Below, one piece after another: positions 18,749-29,357 of a DNA stretch of 64,000 nucleotides. The stretch is taken from positions 384,001-448,000 of the forward strand of contig CAVOFT010000001.1 of NCBI GenBank assembly GCA_963695095.1, read 5' to 3'. The stretch comes from an uncultured bacterium (GTDB lineage: Bacteria; Krumholzibacteriota; Krumholzibacteriia; JACNKJ01). A program made the translations under genes and the position numbers. Each line of letters starts with the position of its first letter. The first letter of the stretch is position 1. The notes below the pieces were generated by a model that had not been told where the DNA came from, did not search any database, and saw nothing but the letters and a program-made list of their open reading frames with translations.

Positions 18749-20419
18749 ATGAAGACTTCGCCGCTCAATTGCATTGCTGCCCTCGCCCTCGCCGCCCTGC
18801 TCGTGCTCGCGGCGGGTGCGGCCGGCGCCATCGCGCCCACCCTCATCAGCTACCAGGGCCAGCTCGCCGTGGACGGGCAGCCCTTCACGGGCCAGGCGGA
18901 CTTCAAGTTCGCGATCCTCTGCAACACGAGCGTCTGGTCCAACGACGGCAGCAGCGTGAACGGCAGCGAGCCGACGGCGGCGGTGACCCTTCCGGTCGAA
19001 AACGGCGTCTTCAGCGTGCTACTGGGCGACCAGGATCTGGGGATGGATTCGCTCAGCTCCGGGAGTCTCGACTACCCGTGTAGCGAGAACGCGCAGCTCC
19101 GGGTCTGGGTGAACACGGGCAACGGCTTCGAGCAACTTGCCGACCAGCGACTGGCGAGCAGCCCTTACGCCCTGGTGGCCGATCAGGCGCGCTTCTCGAC
19201 GCAGGGTTTCTACACCTTCGAGAGCAACATCATCGCCTACGACGGCCGGATCGTCGGCACCGACACGAACGGCTACATCGAGCGAGTCTGGATGGATGGT
19301 GACACCGGCGTCATGCACTGCGACACGCTCGAGTTCGAGGACGGCACGCGGATGAGCACCGCGCCCGGCCCCGGCGGCGCCGACGGCGACTGGATCGTGA
19401 ACGGCAACGACATGTACGCCGGCGTCAGCGGCAACGTGGGCATCGGCACCAGCGCCCCGCTTGCGAAGCTCCACCTCTCCGCGCCGGCCGAGGCGCCCGA
19501 GATCCGCCTCAACGGCGACGGCGCCATGGTGGCGGGCAGCAGCTGGGGCGCGATGACCCTGCACCGGAACGGGATCACGCTGGGCCGCAATCGCTGGCGA
19601 GGCAGCGCGGACGGCAACCCCGACTACTCGCTGGAGGTGACGAGCCAGCCGAACGCCCTGGTCATCGACGGCAGCAGCGGCGTGCTCGGCATGGGGACGC
19701 CGACGCCGAGCGTGAGCAAGACGCTCACCTTGCAGGGCGTGGGCGCCGGCTCCGGCTGGCTGCAGTTCCGCACCAGCGCCGGCGTCGACGCCTGGCACAT
19801 GACCAACGAGGCGGGAGGTCTCAACTTCATCGAGAGCGGCGTGGCCACCAACCGTCTCTTCCTGATGCCCGGCGGGAACGTGGGCATCGGCACGAACGCC
19901 CCCGGCGCGCGCCTGGACGTGGCGGGCAACACCATCGTGCGCGGCGATCTCACCGTGCAGGGCAGCATCATCGGCAGCGGCGGCGGCGCGGCGGGCTTCT
20001 ACGCGGTGCCGCCCTCCGCCTTTCTCGAAGCCGACGGCAACCTGATGGACGTGCATCGCAGCAGCGTGCTGCTGCACGGCCGCACGGCGAACCAGGGCCT
20101 CACCTTCGAGGCGCCGGTGCACCTGCCTCACGGCGCCACGATCACGCAGTTCCGGGTCTACCTGACGGACAGTGACGCGACGCGCAACATCCAGACCTTC
20201 CTCTTGCGCGATCCGCTGGGCACGGTGGGCACGCCGCAGATCGTCGCCACGCTGGCGACGACCGGCGCGCCGGGCTCGACGACCCTGACCTCGGGGGCGC
20301 TGAGCCACGTCGTCGACAACGAAAACAACAGCTACGTGGTCGCCTGCAACTGGACAACGCCGACCACGGTGACGGCCTGCGCCGTCAACGGCATGCGCGT
20401 CAGCTACACGGCGCCCTGA
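18749..20419 (+). CDS. Exported tail-fibre-like protein A (SYQG N-domain, GNVGIGT repeats, distinct C-terminal head)
   Basis: Signal peptide from ATG 18749; ISYQGQL...NGVFSVLLG...RLASSPYALVA; GNVGIGTSAP and GNVGIGTNAP repeats; C-terminal APVHLPHGATITQF domain. Confidence 0.75.
   Translation: MKTSPLNCIAALALAALLVLAAGAAGAIAPTLISYQGQLAVDGQPFTGQADFKFAILCNTSVWSNDGSSVNGSEPTAAVTLPVENGVFSVLLGDQDLGMDSLSSGSLDYPCSENAQLRVWVNTGNGFEQLADQRLASSPYALVADQARFSTQGFYTFESNIIAYDGRIVGTDTNGYIERVWMDGDTGVMHCDTLEFEDGTRMSTAPGPGGADGDWIVNGNDMYAGVSGNVGIGTSAPLAKLHLSAPAEAPEIRLNGDGAMVAGSSWGAMTLHRNGITLGRNRWRGSADGNPDYSLEVTSQPNALVIDGSSGVLGMGTPTPSVSKTLTLQGVGAGSGWLQFRTSAGVDAWHMTNEAGGLNFIESGVATNRLFLMPGGNVGIGTNAPGARLDVAGNTIVRGDLTVQGSIIGSGGGAAGFYAVPPSAFLEADGNLMDVHRSSVLLHGRTANQGLTFEAPVHLPHGATITQFRVYLTDSDATRNIQTFLLRDPLGTVGTPQIVATLATTGAPGSTTLTSGALSHVVDNENNSYVVACNWTTPTTVTACAVNGMRVSYTAP
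19391..19945 (+). repeat. Copy 1 of a 555 bp near-identical internal block
   Basis: Aligns ungapped to 21067-21621 (offset 1676) with 5 mismatches by manual comparison. Confidence 0.95.
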
Positions 20420-20442
20420 ACCCCCGGACAACGGAGCCGATC

Positions 20443-22083
20443 ATGCGCACGCTCGCTCTCGTCCTGTTCATCGCCGTGATCGCCGCGGGCACCGCGGCCG
20501 CGGCCCCCAGCGCCTGCAGCTATCAAGGCCGGCTCGATGTGGACGGCCAGCCCTTCATGGGCGACGCCGACTTCAAGTTCGTCCTGCTCTGCGGGACCAG
20601 CAGCGCCTGGTCCAGCGACGGCACCAGCACGAACGGCAGCGAACCGACGGCGGCGCTGACGCTCGCCGTGGACGAGGGCATCTTCAGCGTGCTGCTCGGC
20701 GATGCGGCGCTCGGCATGCCGCCGCTCTTGGCGGCGCTCCTCGCTGATTGCGCGACCCCTCGGTTCCGTGTCTGGGTGGACACGGGCGGCGGCTTCGAGC
20801 AACTCGGCGACCAGGCACTGGCCAGCAGTCCCTTCGCCCTCACGGCGGAATCAGCGGCGGGAGCGCAGGGGCTCTTCGTCGTCGACACCGACGAATCGGG
20901 CGGCATCCAGATCACGGGCGGCGGCTCGCTGGCGATGCTCGATGCCGGCGGCAGCACGGAGGCCTATATCGAAGGCGCGGCGGGCGAGATCGGCTGCCGT
21001 ACGCTGCGCTTCGCCGACGGCTCGACGCTGACCACGGCCACCGGCGCCGGCGGCGGCGACAACGATTGGATCGTGAACGGCAACGACATGTCCGCCGGCG
21101 TCAGCGGCAACGTGGGCATCGGCACCAGCGCCCCGCTTGCGAAGCTCCACCTCTCCGCGCCGGCCGAGGCGCCCGAGATCCGCCTCAACGGCGACGGCGC
21201 CATGGTGGCGGGCAGCAGCTGGGGCGCGATGACCCTGCACCGGAACGGGATCACGCTGGGCCGCAATCGCTGGCGAGGCAGCGCGGACGGCAACCCCGAC
21301 TACTCGCTGGAGGTGACGAGCCAGCCGAACGCCCTGGTCATCGACGGCAGCAGCGGCGTGCTCGGCATGGGGACGCCGACGCCGAGCGTGAGCAAGACGC
21401 TCACCTTGCAGGGCGTGGGCGCCGGCTCCGGCTGGCTGCAATTCCGCACCAGCGCCGGCGTCGACGCCTGGCACATGACCAACGAGGCGGGAGGTCTCAA
21501 CTTCATCGAGAGCGGCGTGGCCACCAACCGTCTCTTCCTGATGCCCGGCGGCAATGTGGGCATCGGCACGAACGCCCCCGGCGCGCGCCTGGACGTGGCG
21601 GGCAGCACCATCGTGCGCGGCAACCTGACCGTGATGGGCACGATCGGCAGCGGCAGCCAGCCGCGCTATCATGCCCTTGATGTCGCCGCCTTTCAGGCGT
21701 CCACGAGCGATCTGGGCTACAGCCGCACGGCCGGGGCGCTAGCGGGCACGATCACGAATCAGGCGCTGGCCTTCGCCGCACCCCTGGAGCTGCCGGACGG
21801 CGCCCGGATCACCACGATCGTGGCGTACTTCCGGGACAGCGAGGCCGTCTTCAACTTCACCTTCCGACTCACGAAGACCGAACACGCGCCGCACAGCTAT
21901 TCGGTGCTGACCACGGGCACCAGTACCGGAACTCCAGGCGACACGTCACTGACGCTTGCCAATCTCGATATCCTCGTCGATCAGGCGAGCGCCTCCTATG
22001 CCTGCGAGGCATTCTGGACCACCCCCACGCTGACGACGAACATTCGCCTGCAGGGCGCGCGGATCGAATACACGCTACCCTGA
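20443..22083 (+). CDS. Exported tail-fibre-like protein B (paralog of A)
   Basis: Signal peptide; CSYQGRL...EGIFSVLLG...LASSPFALTA; shared central block; C-terminal APLELPDGARITTI domain diverged from A. Confidence 0.75.
   Translation: MRTLALVLFIAVIAAGTAAAAPSACSYQGRLDVDGQPFMGDADFKFVLLCGTSSAWSSDGTSTNGSEPTAALTLAVDEGIFSVLLGDAALGMPPLLAALLADCATPRFRVWVDTGGGFEQLGDQALASSPFALTAESAAGAQGLFVVDTDESGGIQITGGGSLAMLDAGGSTEAYIEGAAGEIGCRTLRFADGSTLTTATGAGGGDNDWIVNGNDMSAGVSGNVGIGTSAPLAKLHLSAPAEAPEIRLNGDGAMVAGSSWGAMTLHRNGITLGRNRWRGSADGNPDYSLEVTSQPNALVIDGSSGVLGMGTPTPSVSKTLTLQGVGAGSGWLQFRTSAGVDAWHMTNEAGGLNFIESGVATNRLFLMPGGNVGIGTNAPGARLDVAGSTIVRGNLTVMGTIGSGSQPRYHALDVAAFQASTSDLGYSRTAGALAGTITNQALAFAAPLELPDGARITTIVAYFRDSEAVFNFTFRLTKTEHAPHSYSVLTTGTSTGTPGDTSLTLANLDILVDQASASYACEAFWTTPTLTTNIRLQGARIEYTLP
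21067..21621 (+). repeat. Copy 2 of the 555 bp block
   Basis: Matches 19391-19945. Confidence 0.95.
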
Positions 22084-22193
22084 GCGCGCCCGCCCGGCCC
22101 GCCCGCGACCTCCCGAAGTCCCTCCGCCGGCACCTCTGGCTTGCCGGGGCCAGTGCTGCTATGCTGGCTCCAGGCACCCACAGGAGGTTGACG

Positions 22194-22940
22194 ATGTTGC
22201 TCCCCACCACGGCTCGCCGGCTATGCCTGCTTGCCGCGCTCGCCGTCCTGGCCGCGCTGGCGGCCGGCTGCGCCTCGAGCCAGAAGTACGCCACGCCCAG
22301 CGGCTACCAGCCCAGCGCCGCCACCGACTCCATGCTGGTCCTCGTCGAGATCCGCGACCGCTCCGGGATCGAGCGCGACCTCGAGGAGACGGCCGCGATG
22401 CGCAGCGGCGTCGAGTCGCGCCAGGAGCGGGCGAAGACGATGCAGGCCCGCGCGGCGGCCCTGATCAAGATCAAGGAGGCGGAGATCAAGACCCTGGCGG
22501 CCCAGGCCGAACTGGCCAAGGCCGAGGGCGACGGGACGCGGAAGCAGGATCTCGAGGCCAAGAAGAAGTTCGCCGAGCTGGAGAAGAAGCTGCTCGATCG
22601 CCGCAAGGCCTTGCGCCAGGAGGAACTCGACCTGGCGAAGGCGGAGGCGGACTACCTCAAGGCCTGCGAGGACCGCTTTGCGCAGGAGCTGGACCTGGCG
22701 GACCTGCGCAGCCGCCGCAGCGCCTACGCGGGCGGGTCGGTCACGCCGGAACTGCTGGCGGAGTTCGGCAAGATCGAGACGAAGGTGCGCGAGAGCGAAG
22801 GCAAGGCGCTCAAGGCCGGCGTGCGCTCGGCGGAGAAGAGGCGGGCGCTGGCGGCGCAGGAGGTCGCCCTGAGCAAGGCCCGGCAGAAGGTCTTCGAGAT
22901 GCAGCTCAAATTGCTGGAAAGCGTCGGCGCGGCCAACTAG
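22194..22940 (+). CDS. Lipoprotein with long coiled coil, unknown function
   Basis: AGGAGG RBS, ATG 22194; lipobox LAAGC; E/K/A/L-rich helical body. Confidence 0.75.
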   Translation: MLLPTTARRLCLLAALAVLAALAAGCASSQKYATPSGYQPSAATDSMLVLVEIRDRSGIERDLEETAAMRSGVESRQERAKTMQARAAALIKIKEAEIKTLAAQAELAKAEGDGTRKQDLEAKKKFAELEKKLLDRRKALRQEELDLAKAEADYLKACEDRFAQELDLADLRSRRSAYAGGSVTPELLAEFGKIETKVRESEGKALKAGVRSAEKRRALAAQEVALSKARQKVFEMQLKLLESVGAAN

Positions 22941-23127
22941 GAGCGGCCTCCCTGCCCGGTCCGGGACTGGACGGGGACGGAGGCCCGTGCTAGTTTTTCG
23001 CTCCCCTCGCGCTCCTCGGTAGGATCCGGCCCGCGGACAACGGTGCTCCGCGGCGGGTTCGCGTTCGTCTCGGCCCGGCGCCCTGGCGCCGGGTTCGCTG
23101 CGTCACCCTGCGTCCCGGAGCGTCGCC

Positions 23128-25093
23128 ATGTCGCGTGAGCCTGCCCCCGGCCATCATCCCGATCCCTACGAGGATTACCAGTTCCCCATCGAGCCCTTCC
23201 AGGGCACGCCCGAGGAGATCGAGCGCCAGTGGTTCGACCAGGTGCTACACGGGCCGCGGCGACACCATCGCCCAGCTCACCTGGCGCGCCGTCGTCATGG
23301 GCTCGGTGCTCGGCGGCGTCCTCTCGCTCACCAACCTCTACATCGGGCTCAAGGCCGGCTGGGGCTTCGGCGTGGCCATCACCGCCTGCATCCTCTCCTA
23401 CGCGATCTGGACGACCTGCCACAAGATCGGCCTCGCGCGCACGAAGATGACGATCCTCGAGAACAACTGCATGCAGTCGACGGCCAGCTCGGCCGGCTAC
23501 TCGACCGGCGGCACCCTGATCTCGGCCTTCGCCGCCTACATCATGCTCAACAACGAGACGCTGCCCATTCCGCTGATGCTGGGCTGGGTCTTCTTCCTCG
23601 CCGTGCTCGGCGTGACCATGGCCGTGCCGATGAAGCGGCAGATGATCAACATCGAGCAGCTCCGCTTCCCCAGCGGCATCGCCGCCGCGGAGACGCTGCG
23701 CGCGCTCCACTCCACGGGCGACAAGGGCATCGCGCGCGGCGCGGGCCCTGGGCATCTGCGGGGCTGCTGGCGCTGGTGCAGCAAGTTCTGGACCGAGGGC
23801 CTGCACCTGATCAGCGCGCGAGCTGGGCCCGTTCCGAGCTCGCAGCCTGGTCGAGACGATCTTCAACGAGAAGACCTTCGGCGCCGCGTCTGGATGGGGC
23901 GCACGGTGATGTTCGTCGTGGGACCCCATCTTCATCGCCGCGGGCATGCTCGTCGGGCATGCGCGTGGCGTGCAGCATCATGCTCGTCGGCGCGGTCACT
24001 CTGCTGGATGGTCTTCGTGCCCTGATCCTGCAGGCGCAGGGCGTCATCCCCGACGGCGGGACGGGCTTCCGCGAGCTCGTGCAGTGGACGCTCTGGGGCG
24101 GCACGGCCTGCATGGTCACCTCGGGCATCCTCGCCGTGTCCTCTGCAGTGGCGCAGCGCCGCTGCGCGCCTTCGGCAGCCTGGGCGACATGTTCAGCACA
24201 GAAGCAGAGCGCGCGAGCAGGACGAGCTCGACGCCATCGAGACGCCCGTCTCCTGGTTCATCTGCGGGACAGCTCGTCTCGCTGGTGGCGCTCGTCGCTG
24301 GCTCGCCCACGTGCACCTTCGACATGCCCTACTGGCAGAGCGTGCTGGCCGTGCTGCTCTCCTTCGCGCTGGCCCTGGTGGCCTGCCGCGTGACCGGCGA
24401 GACCGACACCACGCCCGGTCGGGCGCCATGGGCAAGATCACGCAGCTCACCTTCGGCGCGATCAGCCCGGGCAACATGAACGTGAACCTGATGAGCGCGA
24501 ACATCACGGCCGGCGGCGGCCGGCTCCTCCGCCGACCTGCTCACCGACCTCAAGAGCGGCTACCTGCTCGGCGCCAACCCGCGCAAGCAGTTCATCGCGC
24601 AGTTCTCCGGCATCTTCATCGGCACGCTGGTCACGGTGCTCTGCCTTCAGCGTGCTCGTGCCCGACGCCTCCGTGCTCGGCACCGACCAGTTCCCGGCGC
24701 CGGCGGCGCAGACCTGGAAGGGCGTGGCCGAGGCCATGGCCCTGGGGCTTTCGAACCTGCATCCGGTGAAGATCTGGTCCATCGTCATCGGCGGCCTGGT
24801 GGGCATCATCCTGCCCCTGCTCTCGCGCTTCTTCCCGAAGCAGGCGAAGTGGATGCCCTCGGCGGCGGGCATCGGCCTCGCCTGGACCTTCCACTGGTTC
24901 TACAGCCTGCTCTTCCTCATCGGCGCCGTGATCGCCTGGATCTGGGCAGAAGCGCAACAAGGACAACGCGGAGGAGTTCATCTTCCCGGTGGCCTCGGGC
25001 ATCATCGCCGGCGGCGCGCTGATGGGCGTGGTGCTGATCTTCTGGGAGAACGGCCCGGAGATGGTGCGCCAGCTCTTCAGCGGCGGGAAGTAG
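23128..25093 (+). CDS. OPT-family oligopeptide transporter with many frameshifts (sequence errors or pseudogene)
   Basis: QLTWRAVVMG...NLYIGLKAGW, ILENNCMQSTASSAG, LRFPSGIAAAETL, TDLKSGYLLGANPRKQ, FPAPAAQTWKGVA spread over several frames; stop TAG 25091-25093. Confidence 0.8.
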
Positions 25094-25372
25094 GCCGGGC
25101 CTGGTGTCGCTTTACCGGATGGAACGGCGCGCGGTCAAGAAAGACAGGCGAGCGCTCGACGATAGGCTATCCGTGCGTGAGCGGCAGGGACTGTTCCATG
25201 GTTCGGCGGCTGGCTGCGGCCTTGCATTGAAGCCTGGGCTAGAATAGACCTGAAAGACACTGGAGAGTTCGGATTGGAGCATGCAGAATCGCTACCTTTC
25301 CGCGACCATGGAGGTCCATATCACAGCTTGCGCCGTGGCTTAGTGGCGCGCTCGGGTTGATGGGGGCAAGCA

Positions 25373-28300
25373 TTGCACGAACTGCATGGTGGGTTTGTAT
25401 CTGCGGCTGTTTGGCAGAGCATTCTCCAGAACAAGCTGGATCCGCGCTTAGACTGGCAGGGCGTGCTGCGTGCGGGTTCGAGCTTCGTAACGACTCAGGC
25501 CGGTAGTCAAGCGCCATCGCCCGACCCGTTCGCGGTCGTACTCGCTAATCTGTTGGTACGCGGACGCCCAACCCTGGCATCGCTGTTCGTCGAGGAGGAG
25601 CTTGCTCGCCGCAACTCACTCACGACCCACGGCATCGCGGGGCGGCAGCCCGGAATGGAGACTCTGCAGACGAGCTTCTTGGAGGATCTTGATCGACTTC
25701 GTCCGCTCCTCGAGCGAGCACTCCTCCTGCTGGACCGCCAACACTCGCCGGGATCGACACCTGGGTTCAAACTGCCATTATTTGACAGCGATGCAGAGCA
25801 GGCCTTCTACACCAGCACGCTACCGCAGGCATTGGGGGGAGCTGTCGCCTGGGTTGAGAGACAGCGGCCCCTCGCGACAATTGTCGAGGATAAGAGGTTC
25901 GTACATCAACGTGTGGACTTCTGCCTTGAGCTACCAGGGCAGAGGGGAGATCTCCCGCGTGGAGCCGTGATCGAACTCGACGGCCCACGAGATGCGAAGC
26001 AGCTCCAGCTAGATGCGGACCGGAATACCGCATGCCGGGGCGGCGGCTGGCTCGTGATTCGCGTTCCCTCGACGAACCCTTCTGCGATTTTCCAGGATCC
26101 CGGGCTTGAACAACTACGCGCGCATCCTGTCATGCAGCTCGTCGAATCGCTGTCCACGAATCCCCTTGAAGAAGACCCACTGGGATGCCGCGTTCTTGAC
26201 ATCGTCCGAGCTCCGCTTGGAGTTGCACGCGTCCAGCTTGCGATTGCAGACCTCTTGCTCGCCGGGCAGCTGAGCCTCCGCTCTCCAAGTTGGCGCCTAT
26301 GCATTGTCGAGCGGGACTGCCACTGCGGCGCGCTGGCCTTGACGGATCTCCGCCACTGGATCCAAGCGCTGCTTGATCTCTACGCGCCAGGGCAAGCGGC
26401 ACCCAACTTCGACCTCATGGTGGTGTCGCCCGGAGACGCGGAGACAATCGCTGTGGCGGTTCAGCAAGGTTGCGAGAGGCCGTTCGATGCTCTGCTCGAT
26501 GCCGCTGTGCTGAGCAAGTATGGCTCCGCCTCGCCAGCATTGCCTCTGATCAATGCTCGATGCGCCGTCCTGATTCGGGGGAGTTACAGGCCTTCTGTCC
26601 AACCACTTGCTCTGGCGGCGACGGACCGCATGCTCCCCGACCTCTCGGCATCGCCCGGGGAACCCCTCACGTTCTTCCTTCGCAACATCTTTCGCAAGCA
26701 TGAGTTTCGCGAGAAGCAGCTAGAGGTGATTGAACGTGCTCTGCGTCACGAGTCGACGATCGCGCTACTGCCTACGGGGGCTGGCAAGTCCCTTACCTAC
26801 CAACTCGCTGCCCTCCTCTCCGTTGGCCTAGTGCTCGTCATCGATCCGATCAAGTCGCTGATGAAGGACCAGGTGGACAATCTCGCCCTTGCAGGAATCG
26901 ACAACGCCGTCTTTATCAACTCGACCATGAGCGCTCGGGACCGGGATCGTGCAGGCCGTGCGATGGCGAAGGGCATCTACAAGTTCGTCTTCATCTCCCC
27001 AGAACGCCTTCTCATCCATAAGTTTCGGAACAAGCTGAAGTCGATGTCGCCCCACCGATTCTGCTTCTCAGTAGTCGACGAAGCGCATTGTGTATCCGAA
27101 TGGGGCCACGACTTCCGGACGGCCTACCTACGGCTCGGTTCGAACCTCCGCAAGCACTGCCTGGGGGAAGACGGAGAGATTGCAATCATGGGCTTGACCG
27201 GCACAGCTTCCTACGAGGTCCTCGATGATATCCAGCGTGAGCTTCAGTTCGACGGCTTGCCCGAGCGCCTCGTAACGCCTGCTCGCTTCGCGCGAGATGA
27301 ACTGCGCTTCAGCGTCGTGCCATTGCCTGAGTTTCCACGCGTGGCACCAGGGACATCGAAAGAGGCCATCGCTCGGGCCGTGGGGGAGGCTAAGCAAATG
27401 CACCTCCCCAGCATCCTTGAGGACATCGCAGTTCATTGCCTGATCAATGGGGTTAGCGGGCGGAGCTTCCTCCAGCTAGTGAGTCCAGCCCATCGCGACC
27501 ATGGCGCCGGGTTGATTTTCTGCCCCCACGCTACTGGGGTCTACGGAGTCGAGGAGGTCCACGAACTGCTATGCAAGCAGTATCCAGAAGGCGCTCCGTT
27601 GTTTGGCAAGTACGCTGGCAAGCTGCAGGAGACCTACGGAAGTGAGGAGTTCGTCCAGACACAGAATGACTTCAAGCAGGGCCGAGTAACCGTCCTCGCC
27701 TGCACCAACGCATTCGGCATGGGCATCGACAAGCCCAACATCCGGTTTACAGTCCATCTCAATCATCCTCAATCCATCGAGAGTTTCTACCAGGAAGCAG
27801 GTCGTGCAGGCCGGGATCGAGAACCCGCGCACTGCCGCATCCTCTACGCCGGCAGCGAGCAGCCGAATCTGCCTAGCATCGATCGCGAGCTAATGGACAG
27901 CTTCTTCCGCAGTGCTTTTCGTGGGGAAGAGGTAGAGGTAAGACTCCTCTTCGACCTTCTCGATGTGAACCGCATCGCTGAGCAGAGCAATCGCGACAAG
28001 CTCGATGCCGTTCTTACTGCCCAGGCCAGAAGGCCGATTCGTTCCAATATCTGGAGCCCCCCCGACAAGCATGTAGCGTACCTCTACATCAACGAGGCCG
28101 GTGGCGAGTACGATGTTGGTCGCTTGCAACTGCCCGATCTTCACATCCTGGTGGATTCGCGTGCTAACGAGGAGGCACCTGCGCTCCTTAAGTCGGCTGT
28201 CGACTGGATCAAAAAGGGCTGCGGCAGCACCCAAAACCCACGAGATTGGCTGCACCTGTCAACACCATGTAGAAACGAGCCTGGACTCGAGTCCCTCTGG

Positions 28301-29347
28301 GCGGCGCTTGGGCCGCGAGAGGCCTGCGACGTTTCTGTGCCATTCGAAAGCCCGGTGGCGAGGTCCCTAGCCGAATACCTCATGCCTGTACTCCCAGGGT
28401 GTACGCTTGACCATGTGCGCGAGGCACATCGTTGGTCGGCATCTCCAGAGGAGTTCGTCTCGGAGCTCGAAAGGCGGGTCGGCAGGGTTAGCGCGAAGAA
28501 GCCCCTGCGCGACGAGAAGGCCATCCGGGCTGTGAAGAAGGCCTTCTATCTAATCAGAGGGGATGCGGAGACCTTTCGGTGCGTGTATCGGCTGTCCATC
28601 CTCGGCGTCGTGGAAGACTACACCGTTGATTACAATGCCCGTAGGATCACGGCGCGCCTGCGGGGCCTCCCGCCCGGCGGGGTTTCGGAGTACCTGCAGA
28701 CCCATATCGGGCGCTACGTATCGAAGGCAGAGGCTGCACGGGTACCTGAGGAGATTCAGCAAGAAGAGGGAGCGACTGAACTTCGAAAGGCCGCCCGCCG
28801 CCTCGTGAGATTCGTGTACGAGAAAATCGCTGCCAAGCGCCGTGAAGCGATCAACACAATGGACCGGACCACGCGCGCTGGCATCCAGGACGCTGAGGGC
28901 TTCACGAACCAGATCTACTCCTACTTCGATTCCCGGTTCACCGAGGAATTCCGGCGCTATGTCCGGGAGTACGTCCCGGAAGACGTGTCGCAGCTTCTCG
29001 ATCGTGTTGGAACGGACCCATCCGATATCAGCCACCTGCTTGGCTCCTGCAATCGACTGCTGACCGAAAATCCGGACAATGCATTGCTACGATTGCTTCG
29101 GGCTTTCGCGCTTGCCCTGTCCCACGGCTATGCCGAAAGCGAAGTCGCTCGTGAACTGGCCTCCGGACTCGAGCTCGCGAGTGGGCGTGTTGATTGGCAG
29201 GAGGCGGAGTCGGGACTACTTGTCGAACTAACCGGTCGCGTCAGAGCTGCAGACCCAACAAGAGCCGCTCCCTTTGAAGCAATGCTAGTCGCGGGCCATG
29301 TAGCGTGGCTGCGCACATTCACTGCCAGCTCCCCAGCTGCACTGTGA
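25373..29347 (+). CDS. Large RecQ-family helicase with N-terminal DUF559/Vsr-like endonuclease-fold domain and long C-terminal extension
   Basis: SDAEQAFY...RVDFCL...VIELDG...D.DR...GWLVIRV; helicase motifs LPTGAGKSLTYQ, DEAHCVSEWGHDFR, GLTGTA, AFGMGIDKPNIR, YQEAGRAGRD; many A/T-ending codons; TTG start uncertain. Confidence 0.85.
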   Translation: MHELHGGFVSAAVWQSILQNKLDPRLDWQGVLRAGSSFVTTQAGSQAPSPDPFAVVLANLLVRGRPTLASLFVEEELARRNSLTTHGIAGRQPGMETLQTSFLEDLDRLRPLLERALLLLDRQHSPGSTPGFKLPLFDSDAEQAFYTSTLPQALGGAVAWVERQRPLATIVEDKRFVHQRVDFCLELPGQRGDLPRGAVIELDGPRDAKQLQLDADRNTACRGGGWLVIRVPSTNPSAIFQDPGLEQLRAHPVMQLVESLSTNPLEEDPLGCRVLDIVRAPLGVARVQLAIADLLLAGQLSLRSPSWRLCIVERDCHCGALALTDLRHWIQALLDLYAPGQAAPNFDLMVVSPGDAETIAVAVQQGCERPFDALLDAAVLSKYGSASPALPLINARCAVLIRGSYRPSVQPLALAATDRMLPDLSASPGEPLTFFLRNIFRKHEFREKQLEVIERALRHESTIALLPTGAGKSLTYQLAALLSVGLVLVIDPIKSLMKDQVDNLALAGIDNAVFINSTMSARDRDRAGRAMAKGIYKFVFISPERLLIHKFRNKLKSMSPHRFCFSVVDEAHCVSEWGHDFRTAYLRLGSNLRKHCLGEDGEIAIMGLTGTASYEVLDDIQRELQFDGLPERLVTPARFARDELRFSVVPLPEFPRVAPGTSKEAIARAVGEAKQMHLPSILEDIAVHCLINGVSGRSFLQLVSPAHRDHGAGLIFCPHATGVYGVEEVHELLCKQYPEGAPLFGKYAGKLQETYGSEEFVQTQNDFKQGRVTVLACTNAFGMGIDKPNIRFTVHLNHPQSIESFYQEAGRAGRDREPAHCRILYAGSEQPNLPSIDRELMDSFFRSAFRGEEVEVRLLFDLLDVNRIAEQSNRDKLDAVLTAQARRPIRSNIWSPPDKHVAYLYINEAGGEYDVGRLQLPDLHILVDSRANEEAPALLKSAVDWIKKGCGSTQNPRDWLHLSTPCRNEPGLESLWAALGPREACDVSVPFESPVARSLAEYLMPVLPGCTLDHVREAHRWSASPEEFVSELERRVGRVSAKKPLRDEKAIRAVKKAFYLIRGDAETFRCVYRLSILGVVEDYTVDYNARRITARLRGLPPGGVSEYLQTHIGRYVSKAEAARVPEEIQQEEGATELRKAARRLVRFVYEKIAAKRREAINTMDRTTRAGIQDAEGFTNQIYSYFDSRFTEEFRRYVREYVPEDVSQLLDRVGTDPSDISHLLGSCNRLLTENPDNALLRLLRAFALALSHGYAESEVARELASGLELASGRVDWQEAESGLLVELTGRVRAADPTRAAPFEAMLVAGHVAWLRTFTASSPAAL

Positions 29348-29357
29348 GGTATGGACG

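Noticed and set aside
19391..21621. Diversity-generating retroelement TR/VR pair
   Set aside because: The mismatches are not adenine-specific, both copies are mid-gene coding sequence, and no reverse transcriptase is in the window.
18749..22083. Prophage tail genes
   Set aside because: Both proteins have signal peptides and host-like codon usage; no capsid, terminase, baseplate or integrase genes nearby.
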